Origin: an uncultured Acidimicrobiaceae bacterium | GTDB taxonomy: Bacteria > Actinomycetota > Acidimicrobiia > Acidimicrobiales > RAAP-2 | Reading direction: 5' to 3' | Assembly (NCBI GenBank): GCA_963828455.1 | Contig: CAWHFH010000027.1 | Span: 1,896-65,895 of the forward strand | DNA length: 64,000 nucleotides | Part shown: in pieces, positions 18,535 to 27,281 of the stretch | How the letters are laid out: every line of letters begins with the position of its first letter | Position numbering within the stretch: the first letter of the stretch is position 1 | Made by a program: the position numbers and the translations under genes | Notes under the pieces: model-generated | The model's input: only the letters and a program-made list of their open reading frames with translations | The model's database searches: none | What the model was told of the DNA's origin: nothing

Positions 18535-19461
18535 TCAGCGGGCCGGGACGAGCTCGCGGTCGCGCGAGCGGTACTCGACCGAGTCGGATGTGAGTTCCAT
18601 GAAGGCGTCCTCGAGTGAGGCGCGGATAGGTGTGAGCTCGTGCAGGGTGAGGGACGCCTGGGCGGCGATCTCCCCGATCCGTGCAGAGGGCACGCCGGTG
18701 ACGACGATGCCGCCGTCCTCCGAGACCATCGGGCGCGCACCTTCCTTGGTCAGCGCGGAGATCATGAGCTGGGGCGTCGGGGTGACGACCCGCACGGCCT
18801 CGGCCTGGTGCTGCGCACTGAACTCCGCGACGCTCGTCTCGGTGATGAGGGTGCCCCGCCCGATGACGACGAGGCGCTCGGCGGTCAGGGCCATCTCCGA
18901 GATCAGGTGGCTCGACACGAGCACGGTGCGGCCGTCGGCGGCGAGGTCCCGCAGGAGGTACCGGGCCCAGCGGATCCCCTCGGGGTCCAGCCCGTTGACC
19001 GGCTCGTCGAAGAGGAGCACGCCCGGGTCGCCGAGCAGGGCGCCGGCGATGCCGAGGCGCTGACCCATGCCGAGTGAGAATTTGCCGGCCCGCTGATCCG
19101 CGACCGAGGTGAGACCGACGGTGTCGAGCACCTCGTCAATACGAGCCTCGGGGATCTCGTTCGACTTGGCCAGCCAGCGGAGGTGTTGGCGTGCCGTGCG
19201 CCCGGGGTGGAACGCCTTGGCGTCGAGGAGCGCGCCGACCTCGCGCAAGGGCCAGCGCAGCTCCTCGTAGAGCAGACCGTTCACCGTCGCCGCGCCCGCG
19301 TCGGGTACGTCGAGGCCCATGATCATGCGCATGGTGGTGGACTTGCCCGATCCGTTCGGGCCGAGGAATCCGGTGACGACGCCGGAGGGGACCGTGAAGC
19401 TGAGACCGTCGACGGCCACGGTCTTGCCGTAGCGCTTCGTCAGTCCGCGGGTGACGATCAT
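18535..19461 (-). CDS. ABC transporter ATP-binding protein
   Basis: Walker A GPNGSGKST, signature FSLGMGQR, Walker B LLFDEP. Confidence 0.9.
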   Translation of the reverse strand: MIVTRGLTKRYGKTVAVDGLSFTVPSGVVTGFLGPNGSGKSTTMRMIMGLDVPDAGAATVNGLLYEELRWPLREVGALLDAKAFHPGRTARQHLRWLAKSNEIPEARIDEVLDTVGLTSVADQRAGKFSLGMGQRLGIAGALLGDPGVLLFDEPVNGLDPEGIRWARYLLRDLAADGRTVLVSSHLISEMALTAERLVVIGRGTLITETSVAEFSAQHQAEAVRVVTPTPQLMISALTKEGARPMVSEDGGIVVTGVPSARIGEIAAQASLTLHELTPIRASLEDAFMELTSDSVEYRSRDRELVPAR

Positions 19462-19504
19462 GAGGGCTCCTTTTCGGTGCCCCAGCGGTTGCCGGGCTCT
19501 GCCC

Positions 19505-21361
19505 TCACAGGATGAAGGGTGCAGCTCGCAGGAAGAATGCCGCTACCGGGCGTCTCGCCCTGGGGCTAGCCCCCCTTTTCGACCGGGTGGCTAGTGCCCG
19601 GAGGCGGCGGGCGACGCCCGGCCACGCCGGGTACGACGGCGCCCGGTCGGGCGCGGTGGCGTACGTCGTCACGGTGCCGGCGGTCGAGAACATCGGGACC
19701 GGCCCGTTCGGGACCACGCCCGCCCGATACCGCGCGCCGCCGTTCACGTGCTGCATGAGGCCGTTGCCCACGACGCCCTCCTCGTCGGGCCCCCTGGCCG
19801 TGGCGTCGTACCAGAGGAACGTGTAGTCGGCCGGCGAGGCGTAGCTGGGGCGCGGGGCTGCGCCTTGGTAGCCGTAGGCGTCGAGCGGGGACGTCGGGCC
19901 GCCGCCCGTGGGCGGTGCACGGAACAGTCCCTCGGTGAAGGTCTCCGGCGTGAGGTGGGGCCCGGCCAGCTGCACGCCGGTGAAGAACTGCAGATACCCC
20001 GGGAGGATTGCCGGCGCGGCGAGGGAGGCGGGACTGGTGTTGGCGCCGTACCACCAGCGGTAGAGGTGGTAGGAATCGCTCGCCGCAACCGGGACCGGAA
20101 CGGCCAAGCTGGACACGCCGAAGGCGTGCGCCCACTCGCTCTGGTCGTAGTAGCGCGCCAAGGTGGAGGTGTCGGTCAGGACGATGCCAGTGATGATCCA
20201 CTCGGGGAAATAGCCGATGTTGGCGCAGGCCTTGGTGAGGTAGATGGGCATGATGGGGTCGCCGGCAAACACGACGCTCGTCGCCCCGGACGCCTTCAGT
20301 TTCTCGGCCAGCGTGGCCGCCTGGGTCGGCAGGGTCGTGAGGTTGAGGGTGTACGTCAGATCGCCCGGTGGCGCCATGTTGACGTGGCCGTCACGAAGCT
20401 TCTTCTCGAGGGATGCCGACAACTCCTGAAAACCGGGGGACGGCGGCACCGATGTCTCGCTCGCGACGATGAAGGAACGCTTGCGCGTGTGCATCGAAGC
20501 GTCACCGGCCCAGATCGCGTCCTTGCCGTTCAACTTGGCGATGAGGTAGTCGGCCGTGACGTTCAAGGAGGTGTCGGCCGTCGGCAGGTTGGCCCACTGG
20601 TAGGGCGCGTTTTGTGCGATCAGGCCGTACGTGGACGAGTCCCCGCAGACCATGCACAGAACGTGCAGACGCGCCAGCTCGTCAACGTAGGCGGACGTCG
20701 TGCCCGGGCCCCCGATGGAGGCGAAGGCATGGTCCTGCTCGGCGACCGTGACGGCGTCGGCGTGCGCGGCAACCGGGTCGCTGTCGGCGCCGCTGGCCTC
20801 GAACGGGATGAGATTCACGTGGCGGCCGTACAGCTCGAAGATCTGATTGAGCATCGCGACGTAGGACTGGACGGTGGCGAGAGCCTGCGCGGGCGTCCCG
20901 GTCGCGCTCGTGATCGCGGACGCGAGGCCCCCGGGCTGGGGCTGGTAGTAGACGAGATTGATCGCTGTGCCGGTCACGCCGCTCGAGGTCGCTCCCCCGT
21001 TGGACCCGGTCGGCATGGGGATGCAGGGCGGCGCGTACACGCTCGGCATCTTGAGGCGGCCGGTGTGGTGGTCGCACTGGGGACCCCAGTCGTAGGACGA
21101 CGTTTTGCCCTCTTTGGCAGCCGTGGCGTACGTGATGGGCACCGACGGCGTCGGGCCGCGCGTGCTCGTCGGGGTCGCCGATGGGCTCGAGGTGTTCGAT
21201 TCGTTCACGGTGGCGACGATGCCGGCGGCGACGAGCGCGGCCACGATGAGTACGACCGGCAACGCTATGCGGACCCGGCTCACCCGCGGCCACGGCCGTT
21301 CGGCGAGGGCTGCCGGCGTCGGTTCTGAGAGGGGCGCTTCGGTCGTTTCGGTCTCGCTCAT
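19505..21361 (-). CDS. Large ABC substrate-binding protein (Leu/Ile/Val-type, PBP1 family), signal-anchored
   Basis: Start ATG 21361 (MSETETTE..), TM anchor IALPVVLIVAALVAAGIV, then a Ser/Thr/Pro linker. It is the last gene of the liv-type operon. The Arg-rich extreme C-terminus is suspicious. Confidence 0.65.
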   Translation of the reverse strand: MSETETTEAPLSEPTPAALAERPWPRVSRVRIALPVVLIVAALVAAGIVATVNESNTSSPSATPTSTRGPTPSVPITYATAAKEGKTSSYDWGPQCDHHTGRLKMPSVYAPPCIPMPTGSNGGATSSGVTGTAINLVYYQPQPGGLASAITSATGTPAQALATVQSYVAMLNQIFELYGRHVNLIPFEASGADSDPVAAHADAVTVAEQDHAFASIGGPGTTSAYVDELARLHVLCMVCGDSSTYGLIAQNAPYQWANLPTADTSLNVTADYLIAKLNGKDAIWAGDASMHTRKRSFIVASETSVPPSPGFQELSASLEKKLRDGHVNMAPPGDLTYTLNLTTLPTQAATLAEKLKASGATSVVFAGDPIMPIYLTKACANIGYFPEWIITGIVLTDTSTLARYYDQSEWAHAFGVSSLAVPVPVAASDSYHLYRWWYGANTSPASLAAPAILPGYLQFFTGVQLAGPHLTPETFTEGLFRAPPTGGGPTSPLDAYGYQGAAPRPSYASPADYTFLWYDATARGPDEEGVVGNGLMQHVNGGARYRAGVVPNGPVPMFSTAGTVTTYATAPDRAPSYPAWPGVARRLRALATRSKRGASPRARRPVAAFFLRAAPFIL

Positions 21362-21362
21362 G

Positions 21363-24317
21363 TCACTCGCTCCCAGTGCCGGTATCAACGGAACCCGTCC
21401 GCGACAGCGCGAGCGGGTCGGATCCGAGGAAGGCCTCGCCCACCGTCGGCAATTGCAGGACGTCGGCAGGCGGCCCGTTGCCGATCACCGCGCCCCGGTC
21501 CATAGCCACTAGGCGGTCGGCGAGTTCCGCGATGAAGGCGATGTCGTGCTCGACGATCAGCATGGTTGCGTCCAACTGGTCGCGGACGTTGCGGAGCAGG
21601 CCCAGCATCGCCTCCACCTCTCGCTGGGCCACGCCCGACGAGGGCTCGTCGAGCAGCACAACGGAGGGTTGGTGGGCGACGACGGCCGCCAGATCCACGA
21701 GCCGGCGAGAGCCCGTGGACAGCTCGCTGACGAGATTGTCGGCGAAGCGTTCGAGCCCGAACATCTCCAGGAGCTCCTCCACCCGCCTTCGGACCGCAGC
21801 CTCGGTGCGCACCTGCACGGGCAGGCGGAGCATCGCGTTGAAGGGGTCGGCGACGTCGGTGAAGCGCTCGAGCGAGACGGCCAGAGCGTCGCGGACCGTG
21901 AGCGCGGAGAAGAGACGCGAGTCCTGGAACGAGCGGCCAAGGCCGAGCTTCGCCCGGGTGGCCGCGGTGCGGTCTGTGACGTCGACGCCGCGCAGCTCGA
22001 CCCTGCCCTGGTCCGCCCGCAAGAACCCCGAGATGACGTCGAACAGCGTCGTCTTCCCGGCGCCGTTGGGGCCGATGATCCCGACCAGCTCACCGTGCGC
22101 TGCGTGCAGCGATACGTCGTCGAGGGCGATGTTGCCGCCGAAGCTCAGCGCCAGCCCGCGTACCTCGAGCTCGTTGCCACCGTCCCGCCCGGCACGGGGG
22201 CCGGCCGCCTGGGCGGCGAGAGAGTCGGATGCCTTCTGCAGGTACACCGACCACAACAGTTCGGGATGGGCGGCCAGCTCGGCGGCCGTGCCGGTGAAGC
22301 GCACAGCGCCGGTGTCCATGACGTAGACGCGGTCGGCCACGGCCACCGCGACGTTCATCGACTGCTCCACGAGCAGGATGGCCGTCCCCGCCTGACGCAT
22401 CGACTCGATGGCCCCGAGCAGTTGCTCGACCACGATCGGAGAGAGCCCGAGCGAGAGCTCGTCGATCAGGAAGAGCTTCGGGCGCGTGATGGTCGCCATG
22501 GCGAGCGCGAGCATCTGCTGTTGCCCACCGGACAGGTTCGCGGCCCGCTCGTCGCGGCGTGCCGCGAGGGTCGGAAAGGAGGCGAGGGCGTCCTCGATCA
22601 TCTGGGCGTCGCTCTCGCCCCGCCGGCGCCCCTGCCAGGCGGCGGCCCGCAGGTTCTCCTCGACGCGCAGGCTGGGGAACGTTCCCTCCCCCCCGGGCAC
22701 CTGGGCCACACCCAACCGGGCGATCTCGTCGGGCGGCAGGTGCGTGATGTCGCGCCCGTCGAAGACGATGGCGCCGTGGTCGGCCTCGACGACGCCACCG
22801 ATCGCCCGGAGCAGCGTCGACTTGCCGGCCCCGTTCGTACCGACAATGGCCACAATCTCGCCCTCGTCGATCTCGATCGCCACTTCGGAGAGGACCGGGA
22901 CACCGTCGTAGCCCACCCGGAGCTCGCGGACGGCGAGGAGGGGCAGCTTGCCGTCGCGGCGGTCCAGCAACATCTGCGCCCTCGTGCGCGTGGAGGTCCA
23001 GACGTCGCGGACGTCGCGTCCGATGAGGCTGCCGGCGCTGGCGACGACCAGCCCGCCGATGGTGAAGACGGGCACGAGCATCAGGAGGCCGTAGCGGAAG
23101 CCGATCGCATCGCCGATGCCGCCCACGATCGGCAGCACCAGGAGCCCCGGCAGCACGAACAAGGCGCCGATGGAGAACCCAACGGAACGGACACGGGCCG
23201 GGATGGCGAGGGACAGGGATGCGAGGACCCCGGGGCCGACCACCGCGAGGGACGCGGCGATGCCGGCGTTCCCGATGAACGCGACGGGGACGTTGGGTGC
23301 GAGCGCGAACAGGATCGCGAAGCCGGCGGCGACGAGCGAGGCGACAGCGAGCATGCGGAACACCAGTCCGGCCTCTCGCTGGGCGAGCCGGGTCGCAATC
23401 GTCGCACCGACGGCGAGCCCGAGAAGACTGAACACCTCGACCGGTGCGGTGAGGTACGCGCGCTCGAGCGCGTCGAGGTGGAAGGTCTGCTGGTACTGCA
23501 GGGAGGCCAGCGAGGCGAACCCGGCGATCGAGGCGGCGAGGAAGGGCAGGGCGACGAAGATCCGGCGCAGGGCGCTGATCTTCCAGACCGTGCGCCAGGC
23601 CTCGCCCAAGGAGGGCGGCGGTTCTGCCGGGGCGTGCATGACTGCCGCGTCCATGAGGGGAGCCGGCTCACCGAGCTCGGACCCCACCATCTGCTCCGAC
23701 AGCTCGAGCTGCTCGTGACGGCCACGCGGCGGCTCGCGCAAGCGGGTGCCGATCAGGACGACGACGATGATCGGCACGGCGAAGACGAGGAAAGGCGCCC
23801 GCCAGGAGAAGAGGGTGGCGAGGCCCGCGCCGATCAGGACGCCAGAGATGACGCCGATGCTGTAGCCCGCGCGGTGGGACGAATAGACGCGCGGGCGCGC
23901 CGGCACCGGGTACCAGTCGGCGAGCAGCGAGTTGTGGGTGGGGAAGATCACGGCCTGCCCCATGTAGACGCCGACCAGCATGATGGTCACCAGCACGACC
24001 GAGTTGGCCAGGCCGACGCCGATGGAGAACGCCGCGCCGATGAGGGCGCCGATCAAAAGAATGCGCACCCGGTTCGTGCGGTCGGCGAGCACAGCGACCG
24101 GCAGCGTGCACGCGAGCCCGGCCGCGCCGGCAATGGCGACGATGAGCAGGATCCCGGCGTTGGTGAGGTGGAACGCGTCGCGCACGTTTGGGGTCAGCAC
24201 GTTGAAGGCGCTCTGCGTGGCCTGGTCCAGCAGCTGGATCGCGACGAGCACGCCGAGGGGGAAGAGCGACTCGCCGCCGCCGAGCTGGTTGATCTTCGAG
24301 AATCGGCCGCCGCTCAT
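21363..24317 (-). CDS. Fusion protein: MFS-like membrane domain + LivF-like NBD + LivG-like NBD
   Basis: One uninterrupted 2955-nt frame. About 470 aa carry roughly 12 hydrophobic segments (..LADRTNRVRILL..). NBD1 has GTNGAGKST / LSGGQQQ / LFLIDELS. NBD2 has GPNGAGKTT / LSTGSRR / VVLLDEPS. ATG 24317 overlaps the LivM stop (ATGA). Confidence 0.8.
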   Translation of the reverse strand: MSGGRFSKINQLGGGESLFPLGVLVAIQLLDQATQSAFNVLTPNVRDAFHLTNAGILLIVAIAGAAGLACTLPVAVLADRTNRVRILLIGALIGAAFSIGVGLANSVVLVTIMLVGVYMGQAVIFPTHNSLLADWYPVPARPRVYSSHRAGYSIGVISGVLIGAGLATLFSWRAPFLVFAVPIIVVVLIGTRLREPPRGRHEQLELSEQMVGSELGEPAPLMDAAVMHAPAEPPPSLGEAWRTVWKISALRRIFVALPFLAASIAGFASLASLQYQQTFHLDALERAYLTAPVEVFSLLGLAVGATIATRLAQREAGLVFRMLAVASLVAAGFAILFALAPNVPVAFIGNAGIAASLAVVGPGVLASLSLAIPARVRSVGFSIGALFVLPGLLVLPIVGGIGDAIGFRYGLLMLVPVFTIGGLVVASAGSLIGRDVRDVWTSTRTRAQMLLDRRDGKLPLLAVRELRVGYDGVPVLSEVAIEIDEGEIVAIVGTNGAGKSTLLRAIGGVVEADHGAIVFDGRDITHLPPDEIARLGVAQVPGGEGTFPSLRVEENLRAAAWQGRRRGESDAQMIEDALASFPTLAARRDERAANLSGGQQQMLALAMATITRPKLFLIDELSLGLSPIVVEQLLGAIESMRQAGTAILLVEQSMNVAVAVADRVYVMDTGAVRFTGTAAELAAHPELLWSVYLQKASDSLAAQAAGPRAGRDGGNELEVRGLALSFGGNIALDDVSLHAAHGELVGIIGPNGAGKTTLFDVISGFLRADQGRVELRGVDVTDRTAATRAKLGLGRSFQDSRLFSALTVRDALAVSLERFTDVADPFNAMLRLPVQVRTEAAVRRRVEELLEMFGLERFADNLVSELSTGSRRLVDLAAVVAHQPSVVLLDEPSSGVAQREVEAMLGLLRNVRDQLDATMLIVEHDIAFIAELADRLVAMDRGAVIGNGPPADVLQLPTVGEAFLGSDPLALSRTGSVDTGTGSE

Positions 24318-25405
24318 GATGCGACCGCCGGCGTGAGGGGTGTGGCGCCGTGGCGGCGGCCGAGCGCGTCCACCGCCCAGTCGCGCAGGTCGTAGCAGAG
24401 ACCGGCTAGACCGCGGGGAAAGAGGATGAGCACGATGATCACGCCGAGGGCCGCCGGGAAGAGCTGCCAGCTCGGCGGAAGGTAGACGACACTGCCCTCC
24501 ACGATGGCCGCGCCGAGAACGGCGCCGAGGGACGACGAGAGCCCTCCGACGGCGGTGGACGTGAAGACGACGAGGCTGGCCGAGGCCAGGAACGAGGTCG
24601 GCTGATACGACTGGGTGGCGAGGAGGAGCAGGACCCCGGCCAGGCCGGCGATGAAGCCGGAGACGGCGAACGCGGTCAGCTTGGCCCACACGATGCGGAC
24701 GCCGTAGCCCGACGCGGCGCGTTGGTTCGCCGGCAGCGCGCGCAGGACGCGGCCGACGCGGCTGTGGCGCAGGCCCTGGACGGCAACGAGGACCAGCACG
24801 AGCACGCCGAGGCTCAGCTCGAACGTCGAGGCCTGCGACGTGATCGAGACGCCGAAGAGGTAGGGGGTGCCGAGCTGGCCCTGGGGGATCCAGGAGAATT
24901 CGGCGGGGACGAGCAGGTAGCCCGAGGCGGCGAGCGCGAAGGCGAGCGTCGTGACCGCGGCGAACATGCCGTCGAGGCGCAGCGTGGGGAGGCCGACGAC
25001 GACCGCGACGACCGCGGCCGTCGCTCCGGCGAGGAGCAAGGCGAGGCTCAGGTCCCAGTGCCAGTCGATGAGCGCGACGGCGCCCATGACGCCGCCGATT
25101 GCGGCGAAGGACATCTGGCCGAGGCTCACCTGGCCGGACCAGCCGGTCAGGACGACGATGGAGCACCCGACGACGGCGAGCGCGACGAGGGCCGAGGCGC
25201 GGATGAGCTCGCCCTGGCCCATCCAGAGCGGGAGGGTGCAGGCGGCGGCGAACGCGATAGCCGCGCCAGTCGGCCTCGCGACCTTGACCTCGGTGAGGTC
25301 GCGGGCGGCGGCGGGGAGATCGCGCACGCTGCCGGCCAGCGACAGTGACGCCTCCACCTCGCGGGTCGCGCCGGGAGGCGAACAGCTGCCGGACGATGAT
25401 CGCAC
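24314..25405 (-). CDS. LivM-type branched-chain amino acid ABC permease
   Basis: GWSGQVSLGQMSFAAIGG and many TM segments. The true N-terminus and its junction with the upstream LivH are unresolved. Confidence 0.8.
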   Translation of the reverse strand: MRSSSGSCSPPGATREVEASLSLAGSVRDLPAAARDLTEVKVARPTGAAIAFAAACTLPLWMGQGELIRASALVALAVVGCSIVVLTGWSGQVSLGQMSFAAIGGVMGAVALIDWHWDLSLALLLAGATAAVVAVVVGLPTLRLDGMFAAVTTLAFALAASGYLLVPAEFSWIPQGQLGTPYLFGVSITSQASTFELSLGVLVLVLVAVQGLRHSRVGRVLRALPANQRAASGYGVRIVWAKLTAFAVSGFIAGLAGVLLLLATQSYQPTSFLASASLVVFTSTAVGGLSSSLGAVLGAAIVEGSVVYLPPSWQLFPAALGVIIVLILFPRGLAGLCYDLRDWAVDALGRRHGATPLTPAVAS

Positions 25406-26328
25406 CGAAGACGACCGCGGCGAGCACCGCGAGCGCGAGAGCCGGGTTGGCCGGGTCGTTCCACGCGACGCCCTGCTGGAGCACGCCGAGGACGACGGCG
25501 GAGGCGGCGATGACGGGCAGCTCGGTGAAGTTGCCGAGCGCCAGCGCCGCGAGCGCGGTGACGAGCGCGGTGAGGCCGTAGGTCGGATCGAGCGGGAGGC
25601 CGAGTATCGCCGCTTGGAAGAATATGGTGACGAACGACAGCACGCCTGCTACCACCCACGTGACGGACTGCAGGCGGCCGACGGGGATGCCGAGCATTGA
25701 GGCGCGGTCGCGCCGGTCGCCGACGGCCTGCACGGCGATCCCGATGTCGGTCTTGGTGAACCACAGCGACACACCGAGAAGGCAGCCGACGGAGACGATG
25801 ACCGCGACGAGGTCGTCACTGTTGAACACGACCGGCGCGATGTGCCAGGTGAAATGCCAGGGGAAGGACACCACCGCGGTCGAGATCGGCGCCTGGCCCC
25901 AGATGCGAGGAACGAGGAGGGCGATCACGACCAGGAGCTGGGAGAGCCCGATGGTGGCGACGGTGAGGATGAGACGGGGGGAGCGCCGGAAGCGGCGCAC
26001 GACCAGGATCTCGACGGTCGCCGTGAGCAGGACGGAGGCAACGAGGCCGGTGGCCAGACCGAGGAAGTAATTGACGCTCGAGAAGCCGATGAGGCCGACG
26101 GCGAGGACGGCCGGTGCGGTACCCAGGTCCCCCTGGGAGAAATTCGACGACCTTGTTCAGCCGATAGGTGAGGCCGAGGCCGACAGCCATCAGGGAGCCG
26201 AGGAGGCCGAGGATGAGGCCCTGCACCCATACCCCGAACGGGACCGGGAACAGCGCGAGCTGTAGCACGAGGACGGCGGCGACCGACACCACGCCTGCTA
26301 CCGCCGTTCGGCCGCGGCCCGGGCCCAT
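25366..26328 (-). CDS. LivH-type ABC permease, with a 1-nt frameshift near 26145 and no in-frame stop at its 3' end
   Basis: The N-terminus in ORF 25816..26328 ends ..TYRLNKVVEF. The expected continuation NFSQGDLGTAPAVLAVGLIGFSSVNYFLGLATGLVASVLLTATVEILVVRRFRRSP.. is one frame off. The sequence gtcgtcGaatttc has one extra base. Confidence 0.8.
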
Positions 26329-26517
26329 GCCGATGTTCAGCGCCTGACGCCTTTGATCACGAACGTGCCCCCCCGGGTCGGTCCGATGGTGCGGCTCAGG
26401 GTAGCGGTCCGGGAACGCTCAGGGATGTCCCGGGTTGTGCAGCAGCGGTGTGCCGGGTCAGAGTGGGTCGATCGGCCGCCGCCCGACCTTCCGTACCCCC
26501 CGTCGAATCGAGGCACC

Positions 26518-27280
26518 GTGACGCTCACCGACGAAGCAGCCGCCGCCCCGCGAGGCGACCCCGGCCGCGCACTCGGTCGACCTGCGCAAGACCTACGGAA
26601 GTGGTGATGCGACGGTGCACACGCTGGCTGGCGTGAACGTGACATTCGAGCGCGGCCGCTTCACCGCGGTGATGGGGCCCTCGGGCTCCGGCAAGTCGAC
26701 GCTGATGCACTGCATGGCCGGGTTGGACCGGCCGACGTCGGGCCAGGTCTTCGTGGGCGACATGGAGCTCGGGCAGCTCGACGACACCGGGCTCACGCAG
26801 ATGCGGCGCGACCGGATCGGCTTCGTCTTCCAGTCCTTCAACCTCGTGCCGACCCTCACAGCGGCGGAGAACATCACGCTGCCGGCCGATCTGGCAGGCA
26901 AGAAAGTGGACAACGAGTGGCTGGACTACCTGGTGCAACAGCTGGGCATCGCTGACCGCTTGCACCACCGGCCGACCGAGTTGTCGGGCGGCCAGCAGCA
27001 GCGCTGCGCCTGTGCCCGCGCGCTGATCAACCGGCCCGACTTGATCTTCGCCGACGAGCCGACGGGCAACCTCGATTCCAACTCGTCGAACGAGATGTTG
27101 GCGTTCATGCGCCGGTCGGTGACGGAGTTCGGCCAGTCGATCGTGATGGTGACTCACGACCCACACGGGGCCGCCTACGCCGACCGGGTCGTGTTCCTGG
27201 CGGACGGCCAGATCGTCGACGAGCTCGCCGCCCCGACCGCCGACTCCGTCCTGGAGCGGGTTCGGAACCTGGGCGGCTGA
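26518..27280 (+). CDS. MacB/LolD-type ABC ATP-binding protein; the N-terminus is frameshifted or uses a non-canonical start
   Basis: Walker A GPSGSGKST, signature LSGGQQQR, Walker B LIFADEPTGNLD. The conserved first strand HSVDLRKTYGSGDATVH is in frame but upstream of the first start codon (GTG 26615). A plausible start, GTG 26518 (VTLTDEAAAAPRGDP), lies in another frame. Confidence 0.8.
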
Positions 27281-27281
27281 C

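Noticed and set aside
21363-26000. 1545-aa ORF in the track, which would be a giant multi-domain transporter
   Set aside because: Only its first ~210 aa (LivH-type) and last 984 aa (MFS-NBD-NBD) look like protein. The middle ~350 aa are Arg/Pro-rich off-frame read-through of the LivM-type gene (real frame = ORF 24314..25405). It is a GC-rich open off-frame, not a real protein.
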